Shown: positions 1 through 11,099, numbered from the whole stretch's first letter. The stretch: 62,759 bases of DNA, filler included, from Asterionella formosa (GCA_002256025.1; 18 parts of 18 records of this genome joined end to end with filler, not necessarily neighbours in it), one strand, 5' to 3'. Notes: generated by a model from the sequence alone, not told the origin. Made by a program: numbers and translations.

Positions 1-1260
1 AATGTGTTTGTTTACGAGTTGGTTGGCGAGATTGTTATGCTGTTGGTCGACGAAACGGATTTACTATGTGCGCTTTGTGCGGAAGCATTCCGAGTTCGAA
101 TGATGTCTTCTCTGTTAACTCTTAATTTAATGATTATGAACATAGGTTCACTGCACATGACGATTACTCAAAGATATAATGATCACTTGACCAACAATTC
201 AAGACGTTTTCGCAAACAATCTTTCCAATTGTTATCGCTTGTATTTCGTCGTTGCTGCAAAAATCGGCGTGAATACTGATGATGATGAGCCAAAGTATAT
301 TACGTTAGCTGGTACATTATCCTACCAAGAAATTTAAATAAAGGAACCTATTAGAAACATTTACATATAATAATAAAATATACAAAGTCAAAAGGGTTAC
401 CATTTAAATTACAAGGGCATTCATCAAAATTATTGGATGATATAACGAAAAATTATGATCAGATGATCACAATCCTAGGATGCATCATGGGAATATGATG
501 GTTTTTTTTGCAGACGTACCTATAACGGTTTCGTGTGAAGTTTTCACAATGAACTTTGAACTCGAAAATGAATTAGTTGATGCATGTTTCAAATCATTGC
601 TCTCGTGGATAATTCATTTATGACTTGCATCTTCATTTGTTAATTTGGAATGATATTTTTTGTGTCTTTTTTCTTGCTTGAACAATCTACAGTTTATGTT
701 AAATCATATGAACTATTGTAGTGAACAAGATTAATCTTCCTGGTTTTCATATGATGGTTCACAATCATACAGTGAATTCCAAGACATATCTATTTGATAT
801 TACAACTAATTATTTTAAAAGTTCATGATGACATATTTTTAGAGGATAAATCGTTGCGGAAGACAACTTTAATTTAGGGGAAGTACAATATTCATGGCGT
901 CGATGTACCAAGCAAGCCTCCTCTATTGGTTTATAGATATGTTCATTGTCACTATAAAATTCTAAAATTTAAATTTTGCAAATATCATCAGTTGTTATCC
1001 CTCACCAGTAAACCAATATATTCCAAATGTATCCTGTTGACGTTTATAACATATGCCAAGAAGGTATGATGAAACGCCCAATAAATGACGAGGATACATG
1101 CATAGAGCAGCATTTTCGCCATTCTCATGTAACAAATTGACGCAACCATGTACATCATCGCTATAGGCAGCACCATCAGGAAATGCGCATTGTCAATGCA
1201 AGATACTAAAATGTTTTGCATAAATTATTCATTTGTTATCCCTCACCAGTAAACCAACAT
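1..1260. repeat. AT-rich contig, near-identical to 6792..8050 (probable allelic haplotig); no recognisable gene
   Basis: Same first and last bases as 6792..8050, with about 23 differences counted by eye. An internal direct repeat TTGTTATCCCTCACCAGTAAACCAA occurs at ~992 and ~1233. Confidence 0.9.
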
Positions 1261-1360
1261 NNNNNNNNNNNNNNNNNNNNNNNNNNNNNNNNNNNNNNNN
1301 NNNNTTAATTAATTAANNNNNNNNNNNNNNNNNNNNNNNNNNNNNNNNNNNNNNNNNNNN
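1261..1360. other. Artificial contig linker N44-TTAATTAATTAA-N44 (first of 17; others start at 2621, 3981, 5340, 6692, 8051, 28616, 29975, 31334, 32693, 34052, 35411, 36770, 57329, 58686, 60044, 61402)
   Basis: Identical 100-bp structure each time; TTAATTAATTAA puts stop codons in all six frames. Confidence 0.98.
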
Positions 1361-1831
1361 AATGAGGTTCAAATCAACATCTTTTGTGATGCTGCGCATG
1401 CGACTTGCCTTGCTACCCGTAGATCGACAACAGGGGTGTTGATATTCATAAATGGTGCTGCTGTGAGGTGGTATTCCAAAAGGCAAAATACTGTCGAAAC
1501 GTCAACTTTTGGGAGTGAGTTCGTGGCGATGAAAATTGCTATTGAAATGAATGACGCCCTCAGATACAAGTTACGTATGATGGGAGTGCCCATTGATGGT
1601 GCCGCAAATGTGTTTGGAGACAACGCAAGTGTGGTAAAGAATGTGACTAGGCCTGAGTCAACGTTAAATAAAAGGCATAATGCGATTGCTTATCACAAGT
1701 GTCGTGAGGCTTGTGCATGCGGATCGGCGCGTGTTGCACATGAACCTGGTAAGGCTAACTGCTCTGATGGTCTAACGAAAATACTCACTGGGGTGCCGTT
1801 TTATCATTTTGCCAGGAATGTTTTACATTAA
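1361..1831 (+). mobile_element. Ty1/Copia pol C-terminus (RNase H domain), 5'-truncated by the contig edge
   Basis: IFCDAAHATCLATRRSTTG, WYSKRQNTVETSTFGSEFVA, FGDNASVV and KRHNAIAYHKCRE match Copia RNase H; frame is open from 1361. Confidence 0.93.
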
Positions 1832-2082
1832 ATTGTTTCTGTTATATCTATTAGAACATTGCTTGAGAGCGATATTAAGTGATGTTTGATACAGAACAAG
1901 GTTCAATGACTACTGTTCTTTTCCAAAACGGAATAGGAAGACAGTGGGTTGCGAATCGGAATACATGGTACAGCCCAAAAATGGACTGAGTGATGAAGAT
2001 CACTGGCAGAACCGGTCGTTATTGTTGCAATGGAGGAGCGTTTTCACGGTGGCATCTGGCATGGTTACCACCGTGGGGGGAC

Positions 2083-2405
2083 TGGTAAATTCTGAGTATA
2101 CGTCAGGGTGTCTCAGGCGTATGCTCAACGGGGAAACCGTTAGGTGTATTCCTGCGAGGTCTGTCTTGTGACATGCAGGCGCCTGGTACTAGCGGCCTGT
2201 AGGACCAGCGTGTATTTTGGTCATCCTTGAGTGGGTAATCCTTGTCTGGAATATGTCGAGTTTTTCCCATCCAACAAGTTGTGTTGGATATTGCTTTGTG
2301 ATTACTTCTTTTATGTGGTACCCTTCGATAGCGCTAATTGCAACATTAGGTTCAGTATTCTCCCCATCGCCTGTTTGATAGGAGAATTAGTCGTCTACCC
2401 CATCA
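2083..2405 (+). mobile_element. 3' LTR of the Copia element, preceded by a polypurine tract (2073..2082)
   Basis: GTGGGGGGAC directly before TG at 2083; ends ...TACCCCATCA (CA at 2402 or 2405). A homologous stand-alone copy at 60437..60810 starts at the same TG. Confidence 0.75.
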
Positions 2406-2620
2406 TGTCAACAACAATGAAGGTTTGGTTCCAGTTTTTTCTTGGAGACGCAGCACAAACGCCCTTTAAAGTAACTTTGAATCAGAATGCTGACGTTGCT
2501 GACTTGATCGATGCCGTGAAGATTAAATGTGGTGACGATCTTCAAGGTGTTTCTCCAACGCGGCTCCGTGTGTACCCACCTGGAACTCAAGTGCCGGTTC
2601 CTGAGGGAGCTACTGATGAT
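2405..2620 (+). CDS. Crinkler (CRN)-like protein, N-terminal ubiquitin-like header (3'-truncated)
   Basis: MSTTMKVWFQFFLGD...PFKVTLNQNADVADLIDAVKIKCGDDLQGVSPTRLRVYPPGT resembles the CRN N-terminal pattern (VxDLxxAxKxK...LxVY). Confidence 0.6.
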
Positions 2621-2722
2621 NNNNNNNNNNNNNNNNNNNNNNNNNNNNNNNNNNNNNNNNNNNNTTAATTAATTAANNNNNNNNNNNNNNNNNNNNNNNN
2701 NNNNNNNNNNNNNNNNNNNNCG

Positions 2723-3980
2723 TACGAGTCAAGTAATATGGCAAATGTGATTGCCTTGTCAGGTCAGTGGACAAAATGCACGATTAACGAGAATGAGAAC
2801 CCCGACATTTGGTTTGTGGAGTTGGATAGAATTCGAGAACGATTGAGTCATACGAGCTCCGCAATTTCGGATGGTGCCTATTTGGCCCATGTTATCAACA
2901 ACCTACCGGAAGTCTACAAGAGTTTGGTGGTTGGAAAATTTGGTCTCGCGAGCTCCGAGCTCACGATCCAAGAGGTCAAGAAGAATGTACGCGACTATTA
3001 CGATTTGTATGTGCGTGACGAAACCAAGACGAATAAGAATGGCGAGCAGGCCTTCTTTTCAAAAAGCAAGTTTAAGGGAGACTGCAGGAAGTGTGGCAAG
3101 TATGGCCACAAGGCAGTTGATTGCCGAAGCAAGGGCAATACTACAGAAAAGAGAGAATTAACTCCCGAGCAACGAAATAAGAGAAAGAATCTGAAGTGTT
3201 ATAATTGCCAGAAGATGGGGCACTATGCCAGTGAGTGCAACAATCAAAAAAATGCACCAATCAAACAGAAGGGAGAAGACGCCAACACTACTACGCAAGG
3301 AACGTTCGTGGTGACGTGTATTGAGGCAAGGTACAATGAAGAGGTAAATTATACGTGCGTGCATGAGGACCGTTGGCTACTAGATAGTGGCGCTACGGTA
3401 CATATATGCAATGATGAGCGCATCATGGAGGACAAGCGCACAGTGCGTGAAACTGTTCTTGTGGGAAACGGCGCAGCAATTGTTGCGACCGTATCAGGCA
3501 CGGTGACCCTTACGACAACAGACGAAGGAAAAGTGTTGAAACTCACCAATGTGCTCTATGCACCGGAGTTCAAGCAGAACATTATCAGCATTTCGAGAAT
3601 TATTGACAAGGGAAATAAAGTTATGTTTGACGATGATAAGATGACGATCAGAAACAACAACGGATTTTTGATCTGTAAACGTGATGAAACGAGGACAATT
3701 GGTGCAATGTACCATGTGCAAGGAACGCCTATTCTAAAGGAAACGGTGTTGGAGGTTGATCAAGAAACAAGCGAGAAGCCAACACAACAATCCATCGACT
3801 ATGATACTAAAGAAGACGAGAATGAATGGACGAAAGTTAACGATAAGAAGAAAACGACGAAAGCGATAGATGAAACGATCGAGAAAAGAAACGCGAACGA
3901 AAATAATGATGTGATTGTGGAAATAAATGAAGCGCATGAAATGCTTGGACATGTGGGGGAAAAATGTCTTCGTGAGACAT
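2723..3980 (+). mobile_element. Ty1/Copia gag-protease-pre-integrase fragment
   Basis: Two CCHC knuckles (CRKCGKYGHKAVDC, CYNCQKMGHYASEC), protease WLLDSGATVH, LTNVLYAPEFKQNIISIS and pre-integrase HEMLGH; ORF spans the contig. Confidence 0.93.
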
Positions 3981-4549
3981 NNNNNNNNNNNNNNNNNNNN
4001 NNNNNNNNNNNNNNNNNNNNNNNNTTAATTAATTAANNNNNNNNNNNNNNNNNNNNNNNNNNNNNNNNNNNNNNNNNNNNTTAACACACTTTTTCCTCAA
4101 TTGATAATCTAAACTTAAATTAAATTATCAGCCAAACTAAATGTTTCCTTTCCATGCATCTTTGCTTCCAACATATTCGTTTTCAGACTCTCATCGAATT
4201 TCCACTTAACATTTCCATAGAAATCTTCAATCTTGGATCTCGTCAGATAGCGGATTGATGTGGCAACGCAATATTCGACTAGTTGGATTACAATCGAGTC
4301 CACAATCTTTGTGACTCAAGCTAATATTCTTGACAATTGAGTACATATCATCTACCTGGAAGGTCCGATAAAACACATTTTTAACTCACTAAAAGGTTAA
4401 GCTAAATATCTCGATTTCCAAAACTTCCTGTGGTACCAGGGAGATGATGTCCCCCGTGTCATTCGCTCCTTGGAGACTTTCTTACGAGGTCCCAGTATTC
4501 TTGCTTACCGTAGCAATTCTTCCTAAATTCGTCGAGATGTATTTGAACT

Positions 4550-5030
4550 ACCATGGTAGGTACCAGGTACTTAGACAACTGATATTTTGGTATTTCGCTC
4601 ATACATAGCCAAATACGGGATATACCGTCACGAGGGCCTACCAGCACATGTCGGTAGCTACCGGTAGTCTTCGTTGTGACATGCAATCACGACGAAAGTA
4701 CCTGGTACCTGCTACTGGTACCAGGTACCAGCTCCTGGAACATAGCACCCCTTAAAGTAACAGGTACGGAGTACCTCATACAATACCAGGTAGCCCTAAC
4801 ATCTACAGTACAGTATCTACTGCTTTCAAGAAGGTGCGGCATCTCCTCTCTATCATGTACCGTTATTTCTATCTGTGCATGGTATCCTGGACCTGGTGTA
4901 ACCGGTACCGGTACCAGGTACCGTACCAGGCAGGTATCAGGGAATCTAACAAAACTGGACCGCATCGCCGGCACATATATCATAATTCAATCGTAGTGTA
5001 CCCGGTATACCGGTACCTGGTACCAGGTAG
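4550..5030. repeat. GGTACC/TACCAGG-rich low-complexity repeat tract
   Basis: Many GTACCAG, CTGGTAC and TACCGG units, e.g. 4901..4935 and 4998..5030. Confidence 0.75.
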
Positions 5031-5986
5031 TTAGTTACAACAATGCATCGACACTGTGTTCATTTTCTGGTATGACCGCCTACATGATATTACGTAAAAG
5101 GCATTACTGAACGCGCAGACAACAATTCACAAAACCCAACGCCGAGTCACTTCTTCGCTCTTTCCCTTATCGTTGCCATCGCGTTGCTTATACCCAACCA
5201 ACTCCGTTTCTGTCCTCCCTTGTTATAAGATTCAAGATAGAGTCTCTACTTTATCACATTAGATATAATAGTCTCATCGGAAACGCGAAAGAACGTTCCC
5301 CAATCAACTATCCAAGCACACCTCGCACACTCGTCTATTNNNNNNNNNNNNNNNNNNNNNNNNNNNNNNNNNNNNNNNNNNNNTTAATTAATTAANNNNN
5401 NNNNNNNNNNNNNNNNNNNNNNNNNNNNNNNNNNNNNNNTGTCAAAGTAAGCAAGATCATTCTTGACGAGATCAAGGAAAGTGTGAGAAGTCTTGTTTGG
5501 GATTACATGAGTTATCAGACAAGAACAAGACCTAGATAGACTATTAACAGAAAGCTCACAATATTATAAAGTGTAAAGTGAAAATACGTTTTCAGCTTTA
5601 GAGATCTTAAAAGTAAGATCTGTGATATTTCAACTAGACAATTTAACACGGTCGTACTTTGTGGTCATGAAAGTCCTTGTGTCTATGTCTGACTTTCGCG
5701 CTCTGGCTGCAGTGATGACTTGATTTTCGATGTCCTCTCCTTCCAATTTTTGAGAGCTAATATAAGCATTTTGCCTTTCGTTGTGATAGTATTGCTGTTC
5801 ATCGTAAGTGTGTGGTGCCAACATTGGATTATACTTTGCTGCTTATGAGGATTTTGCTGGAGTGGAGAGTGGTTCTTCGTTATTCAAGCCATAAGGAGTA
5901 TCCGATGGGAGTTGGAGTTGGAGTTGCTGTTCATCATATAGTTTGTGGGGAATCACTGTCTGATTGTGATTGGGAGCTGTTGAAGA

Positions 5987-6163
5987 ATGCGCTGTGACTG
6001 GAAATTGTATGTGAATCTAGCTCAAATTGTTGGGTCACAGCAAGAGCAAGTCGATCAAATTGAAAATCAAATGGAACAATCCAAAGCAAACGCAGAGCAA
6101 GGTTTAAGTCACATTCAAAAGGCAAATCTAAAGGCATCGCAATCTCAGTGTTTAATATCTTAA
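5987..6163 (+). CDS. Syntaxin-like (Qa) t-SNARE C-terminal segment ending in CaaX; 5' part missing
   Basis: Manual translation: ...NLAQIVGSQQEQVDQIENQMEQSKANAEQGLSHIQKANLKASQSQCLIS*. It falls just under the ORF-track length cut-off. Confidence 0.65.
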   Translation: MRCDWKLYVNLAQIVGSQQEQVDQIENQMEQSKANAEQGLSHIQKANLKASQSQCLIS

Positions 6164-6345
6164 AAGACATTCCATTAGAAATGAAGACGGGGATTTTGCG
6201 AAACCAGAAACCGAGGGCTCCTTGAGGTCTATTTTCTAGAACCAATTAACAAAAATCTTTAAACTGCTTAAAACCAGCAATTAGTCTTAGCACCAGGTTA
6301 TTTCTCACTGAAACACGATTTGTCAGGAATGATCCGAATCCATGT

Positions 6346-6690
6346 CTAGCCGGGTCGCACTATTGACTGCTGTTCGTTATCGTCGGGACCTTCCGTGACA
6401 TCGCCCCCTGTCTCGCCTGCAAACCCTTCCAACTCGTTGTCAGACTCCATCAATACGATGTCACTGTGATAACGAACATCAGAATTTTCGTTTCCTTCTT
6501 TATCGAGTAGGTCAATGACAAAGTCTCTCCGACAACACGGGCATAGAGACCCTGCAAGTTGTTCCATGAGCCACTTTTCCATGCAGGCCGTATGAAAACA
6601 ATGTTCGCAAAGTGGATTAGACGACCAAACAACGTCATCACCAATTTTGTAGGATGAAATACAAATTGCACATTCGCCGGCTACATCTCG
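6346..6690 (-). CDS. RING-H2 E3 ubiquitin ligase, C-terminal fragment
   Basis: ECAICISSYKIGDDVVWSSNPLCEHCFHTACMEKWL...LCPCCR fits C3H2C3 spacing; frame is open to the contig edge. Confidence 0.88.
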   Translation of the reverse strand, partial: RDVAGECAICISSYKIGDDVVWSSNPLCEHCFHTACMEKWLMEQLAGSLCPCCRRDFVIDLLDKEGNENSDVRYHSDIVLMESDNELEGFAGETGGDVTEGPDDNEQQSIVRPG

Positions 6691-6791
6691 TNNNNNNNNN
6701 NNNNNNNNNNNNNNNNNNNNNNNNNNNNNNNNNNNTTAATTAATTAANNNNNNNNNNNNNNNNNNNNNNNNNNNNNNNNNNNNNNNNNNNN

Positions 6792-8050
6792 AATGTGTTT
6801 GTTTACGAGTTGGTTGGCGAGATTGTTATGCTGTTGGTCGACGAAACGGATTTACTATGTGCGCTTTGTGCGGAAGCATTCCGAGTTCGAATGATGTCTT
6901 CTCTGTTAACTCTTAATTGAATGATTATGAACATAGGTTCACTGCACATGACGATTACTCAAAGATATAATGATCACTTGACCAACAATTCAAGACATTT
7001 TCGCAAACAATCTTTCCAATTGTTATCGCTTGTATTTCGTCATTGCTGCAAAAATCGTTGTGAATACTGATGATGATGAGCCAAAGAATATTACGTTAGC
7101 TGGTACATTATCCTACCAAGAAATTTAAATAAAGGAACCTATTAGAAACATTTACATATAATAATAAAATATACAGAGTCAAAAGGGTTACCATTTAAAT
7201 TAAAAGGGCATTCATCAAAATTATTAGATGATATAACGAAAAATTATGATCAGATGATCACAATCCTAGGATGCATCATGGGAATATGATGGGTTTTTTT
7301 GCGGACGTACCTATAACGGTTTCGTGTGAAGTTTTCACAATGAACTTTGAACTCGAAAATGAATTAGTTGATGCATGTTTCAAATCATTGCTCTCGCGGA
7401 TAATTCATTTATGACTTGCATCTTCATTTGTTAATTTGGAATGATATTTTTTGTGTCTTTTTTCTTGCTTGGACAATCTACAGTTTATGTTAAATCATAT
7501 GAACTATTGTAGTGAACAAGATTAATCTTCCTGGTTTTCATATGATGGTTCACAATCATACAGTGAATTCCAAGACATATCTATTTGATATTACAACCAA
7601 TTATTTTAAAAGTTCATGATGACATATTTTTAGAGGATAAATTGTTGCGAAAGACAACTTTAATTTAGGGGAAGTACAATATTTATGGCGTCGATGTACC
7701 AAGCAAGCCTCCTCTATTGGTTTATAGATATGTTCATTGTCACTATAAAATTCAAAAATTTAATTTTGCAAATATCATCAGTTGTTATCCCTCACCAGTA
7801 AACCAATATATTCCAAATGTATCATGTTGACGTTTATAACATATGCCAAGAAGGTATGATGAAACGCCCAATAAATGACAAGGATACATGCATAGAACAG
7901 CATTTTCGCCATTCTCATGTAAAAAATTGACGCAACCATGTACATCATCGCTATAGGCAGCACCATCAGGAAATGCGCATTGTCAATGCAAGATACTAAA
8001 ATGTTTTGCATAAATTATTCATTTGTTATCCCTCACCAGTAAACCAACAT
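6792..8050. repeat. Second copy or allele of 1..1260
   Basis: Collinear, about 2% divergent, identical ends. Confidence 0.9.
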
Positions 8051-8318
8051 NNNNNNNNNNNNNNNNNNNNNNNNNNNNNNNNNNNNNNNNNNNNTTAATT
8101 AATTAANNNNNNNNNNNNNNNNNNNNNNNNNNNNNNNNNNNNNNNNNNNNGTATTAACTTGTGTAGACTCTACGACTTGGATCGTGATGGAAATTAATAT
8201 AAGCCAACCACATCACTTATTCGATTATTCGACCAGAATCATGACATGCACGAAATATTTCTGCATCATGAGGCAGCAGACGAAATGATTCTGTGAACAC
8301 TTCCGGCAAGCCGACAAC

Positions 8319-8645
8319 ATCAAGGCCAGAACTGCCTGAGCCTTTAGCATTCAGCTTGATAATCGCTCCACAACAAGCATGCAAGTTGCAGCTTCGACTT
8401 TTGAAATAGATCTCAGGACAAGGATATCGCCATCGCAAATGTCATTGGCATCGCTCGTGTTGTTGTTGATTGTTGTTTCATGATGGTGACCGGTAAGAAT
8501 ACAATTATAGTAAATTCATTAATAAATAGCTAGAATACAATAATATGCTGTTATTTTTTCTGTAGACATAAAATATTTGGGGGTGTTGTGCCAGATGTAC
8601 GAAGGGGGGTACAGGTATCTGGGGGGATACGAGACACCAGGTTTT
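8319..8645. repeat. Dispersed repeat (probable transposon segment), also at 57429..57753
   Basis: ATCAAGGCCAGAACTGCCTGAGCC...GGGGATACGAGACACCAGGTTT is shared at high identity. Confidence 0.85.
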
Positions 8646-8867
8646 ACGGGGGGGGGTACATCGTTTGATTACCGGTAGGTATACCGGGAACATACCTGTC
8701 CTGCATGTTCGGACAAATATTCGTAATATTCGGACTTTCCCGTTACTTAACATGCACACAATAAGGCGAGTTAATAGACAGCAGTGCATCAATGTGTCAA
8801 TGCACCCCGTCACACCGCCCACTGGTGCAATAGCAAAAGTATCTCAATCCAGAGTGTTTATGCCTGT

Positions 8868-10286
8868 ATGCGATTGCCTAATCACAACCATAACTTCACT
8901 TATGATCAGCTTGGATATGTAGATGCAGCAGCGCACGATAATGATAGCGGGTTAGTCAGTATGTGGGACTATGTGAATGCAGTAATAGAGAAAAGTTCGA
9001 ATCTTTACGAAGCGCTTTTGGATTTTTGGCCGGACAAAGACAATCCTTATAATAGTGACGATGATCTGGCGGGAATTCATGCACTATCTTCTCAAATAAA
9101 GGCGCAATTTGTATTTAATCCGCTTTTTTTTCAAAAAATTGTTCATCTTGCGCGACAATTACCGGTTCATTTTCCACTTGGTGAAATTCCTAAATTAACG
9201 AGTGGCGTCGCTTCAGCAATTACGTTTTCTCGAAGCCAAGCAGCGAGTGTCGTATGTCATATGATGTTATGCACCGTGACCAATCAGAAAACAGGACTTG
9301 AGCAACAACAACATTGGAATGGTTGGTGGGCTAATTTTGGACCCTGGTTTTATCGACATACTCAGCCAACAGAAACCTATGCAACAGCGTTATTTCATTA
9401 CGTGGATCAAATCAATGATTTTCACCCTGATGTTCTCAACGCACCGATTAAATTTACTCGTCTGGTACAAGAGCCCTTCAATGATTGGCATGCAGATGAT
9501 TCCTTCCTCAAGGTAGTTGAAATTCTCCAACAAGACCCCCAGCTGGCTGCACTTGAGCAACCAGGCGTTGTGGAATCAAGTTTTGCCAATAAAGACGTAG
9601 GTTTTGGTATTTCTGGTACTCAAGAAGAGCGGCTAATGGGCATGTCGCCAGAACTCTGTTTAGCGATGCTGTTGTCGCCCAGCTTAGCGGATAACGAAGG
9701 TTTGTTGATTGAAGGGGCGATGCCTGCGGGGATCTGTCGCGGTTTTGGTCGTGGTATTGAATGGGTTGGTTGCTTACCGGATACCGCGAGACAAATAGGC
9801 TGGCAGCAGCGAACCGTGTTGGTGCTAGATGCCTTGGAGCTTGATGAATATCAGGCAGATGAAGAAAATGCAGATAATACAGCGAGCGCTGTACCGTTTC
9901 CTGATTTCCATCCTGAGGCCATGGATCGAGAGCTGAATAAATTATTTTGTGGACTGTCGGCGGTGAGTGGTCGCAAGTTATTGACTGGACATTGGGGTTG
10001 TGGTGCTTTTGGTGGTAACAGTGAAGTCAAGGCTTTGTTGCAAATGATTGCGGCAGCACGCGCCAATGTGCAGTTGGCATTTTATGATGTGCCAGAGGAC
10101 GGCTCTCCTTCACCCTCGGTAGCTACTTTTGGTCAAAAACTCTCAGATTTTTCCGAAAGCTTGCATCGCCATGAGGTTTCGAGTGGGGTCTTATATCAAT
10201 CATTGCAAGATTTGCGATTAACTGATTTTAAGACTGGTGAAGGCGTATTTGATATTCTAAGGCAACGTTTATTTTCTTCAGATTAG
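8868..10286 (+). CDS. PARG: Poly(ADP-ribose) glycohydrolase (PARG macrodomain family), intronless, ~472 aa from first ATG
   Basis: SFANKDVGFGISGTQEE (catalytic QEE loop), SPELC, VLDAL, MDRELNKLFCG and TGHWGCGAFGG. The ORF track starts at a GTG at 8784; the first in-frame ATG is at 8868. Confidence 0.88.
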   Translation: MRLPNHNHNFTYDQLGYVDAAAHDNDSGLVSMWDYVNAVIEKSSNLYEALLDFWPDKDNPYNSDDDLAGIHALSSQIKAQFVFNPLFFQKIVHLARQLPVHFPLGEIPKLTSGVASAITFSRSQAASVVCHMMLCTVTNQKTGLEQQQHWNGWWANFGPWFYRHTQPTETYATALFHYVDQINDFHPDVLNAPIKFTRLVQEPFNDWHADDSFLKVVEILQQDPQLAALEQPGVVESSFANKDVGFGISGTQEERLMGMSPELCLAMLLSPSLADNEGLLIEGAMPAGICRGFGRGIEWVGCLPDTARQIGWQQRTVLVLDALELDEYQADEENADNTASAVPFPDFHPEAMDRELNKLFCGLSAVSGRKLLTGHWGCGAFGGNSEVKALLQMIAAARANVQLAFYDVPEDGSPSPSVATFGQKLSDFSESLHRHEVSSGVLYQSLQDLRLTDFKTGEGVFDILRQRLFSSD

Positions 10287-10294
10287 GACCTAAC

Positions 10295-10433
10295 TACCCA
10301 TCGACCTTTCCCACTGATTGAAATTCTAACGCTATGCTTGTTGAAAACACCTATAAAAATCTGAGGAGGTAAACTGGCTGGTGCCTTGGTCAGTATTAAA
10401 AATTTCTGGTATTCTCTATTTCCATAACGCTAC
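10295..10433 (-). pseudogene. Remnant of a bacterial IS3-family transposase (rve/DDE core)
   Basis: Manual translation VALWK*RIPEIFNTDQGTSQFTSSDF/IGVFNKHSVRISISGKGRWV, with one stop and one frameshift, resembles the IS3-type pattern PEIFNTDQGSQFTS...ISMDGKGRW. Confidence 0.75.
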
Positions 10434-11099
10434 CCAAACGACATTGGCCTTGAAAGAGGCTGGATGATTTGACATGCATGACTCATATACTGACTCTCCT
10501 AAAGCCTAAATGAGTAGTTTAACATCCTGTCCTTTTTTAAGACTACCTCTAGTATTAAGAGATCCCAATGTTGCAAGGCAAAAATTTTAGAGTCTAGGCT
10601 TTCGTCTGTTTTACTTACTTTCACTTTTCTTAAATTCGAATTACAGAACCTTTTGGAGCTTTAATGAAGAAAGATGAAACTTCTGGCAAGGCAAGTTATT
10701 TGGTCTTCACCAATGGCTTAGATTAGCAAAATAATCAACTTGCTGATTCAATTCACGGCATTAACCCTTTCCGCCTTGAATCGGCGACGCAATTCGAATG
10801 TGATCTGATTGGTGGTGGGTCAGCAATTGGTTACCATGAGATGGCAAAACCAAGGATGCACGATGCAGGAATTAACTTCATCTAGCAACTACTATTATGA
10901 AGTATCCAAAATCAGTGCCAATGCCAGCCTTATGAAAATGATGGGGCACAAAAAACATTTTATGTTCCTCTTAATAAGTGGTCAGCTTATTGTGAGGAGC
11001 ACTTTTTTATTACTAGGAGATCGCACTGCAAAGTCAATGAGATTATTTCGATATAACTGCGCTTAAACACCTGAACCTCCAACTCACCATGGTATTCAC

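Noticed and set aside
1261..1360. Recurrent TTAATTAATTAA as a biological repeat or piggyBac TTAA site
   Set aside because: It is always centred in 44+44 N, so it is a synthetic six-frame stop linker.
4676..5034. ORFs rich in VPGT/YQV/WY
   Set aside because: Translations of the GGTACC microsatellite; the same applies at 16123..16419 and 45698..46013.
5221..5640. LTR-like sequence (TGTTATAAG...) on both sides of a linker
   Set aside because: The two halves are on different contigs, with no second copy, PPT or TSD to support the call.
8784..8867. GTG-initiated N-terminal extension of PARG
   Set aside because: A GTG start is unlikely in a nuclear context and the segment adjoins repeat-derived DNA; the ATG at 8868 is preferred.
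10364..10371. GAGGAGGT Shine-Dalgarno-like site after PARG
   Set aside because: No plus-strand ORF follows; it is the antisense of the IS3 remnant codons.
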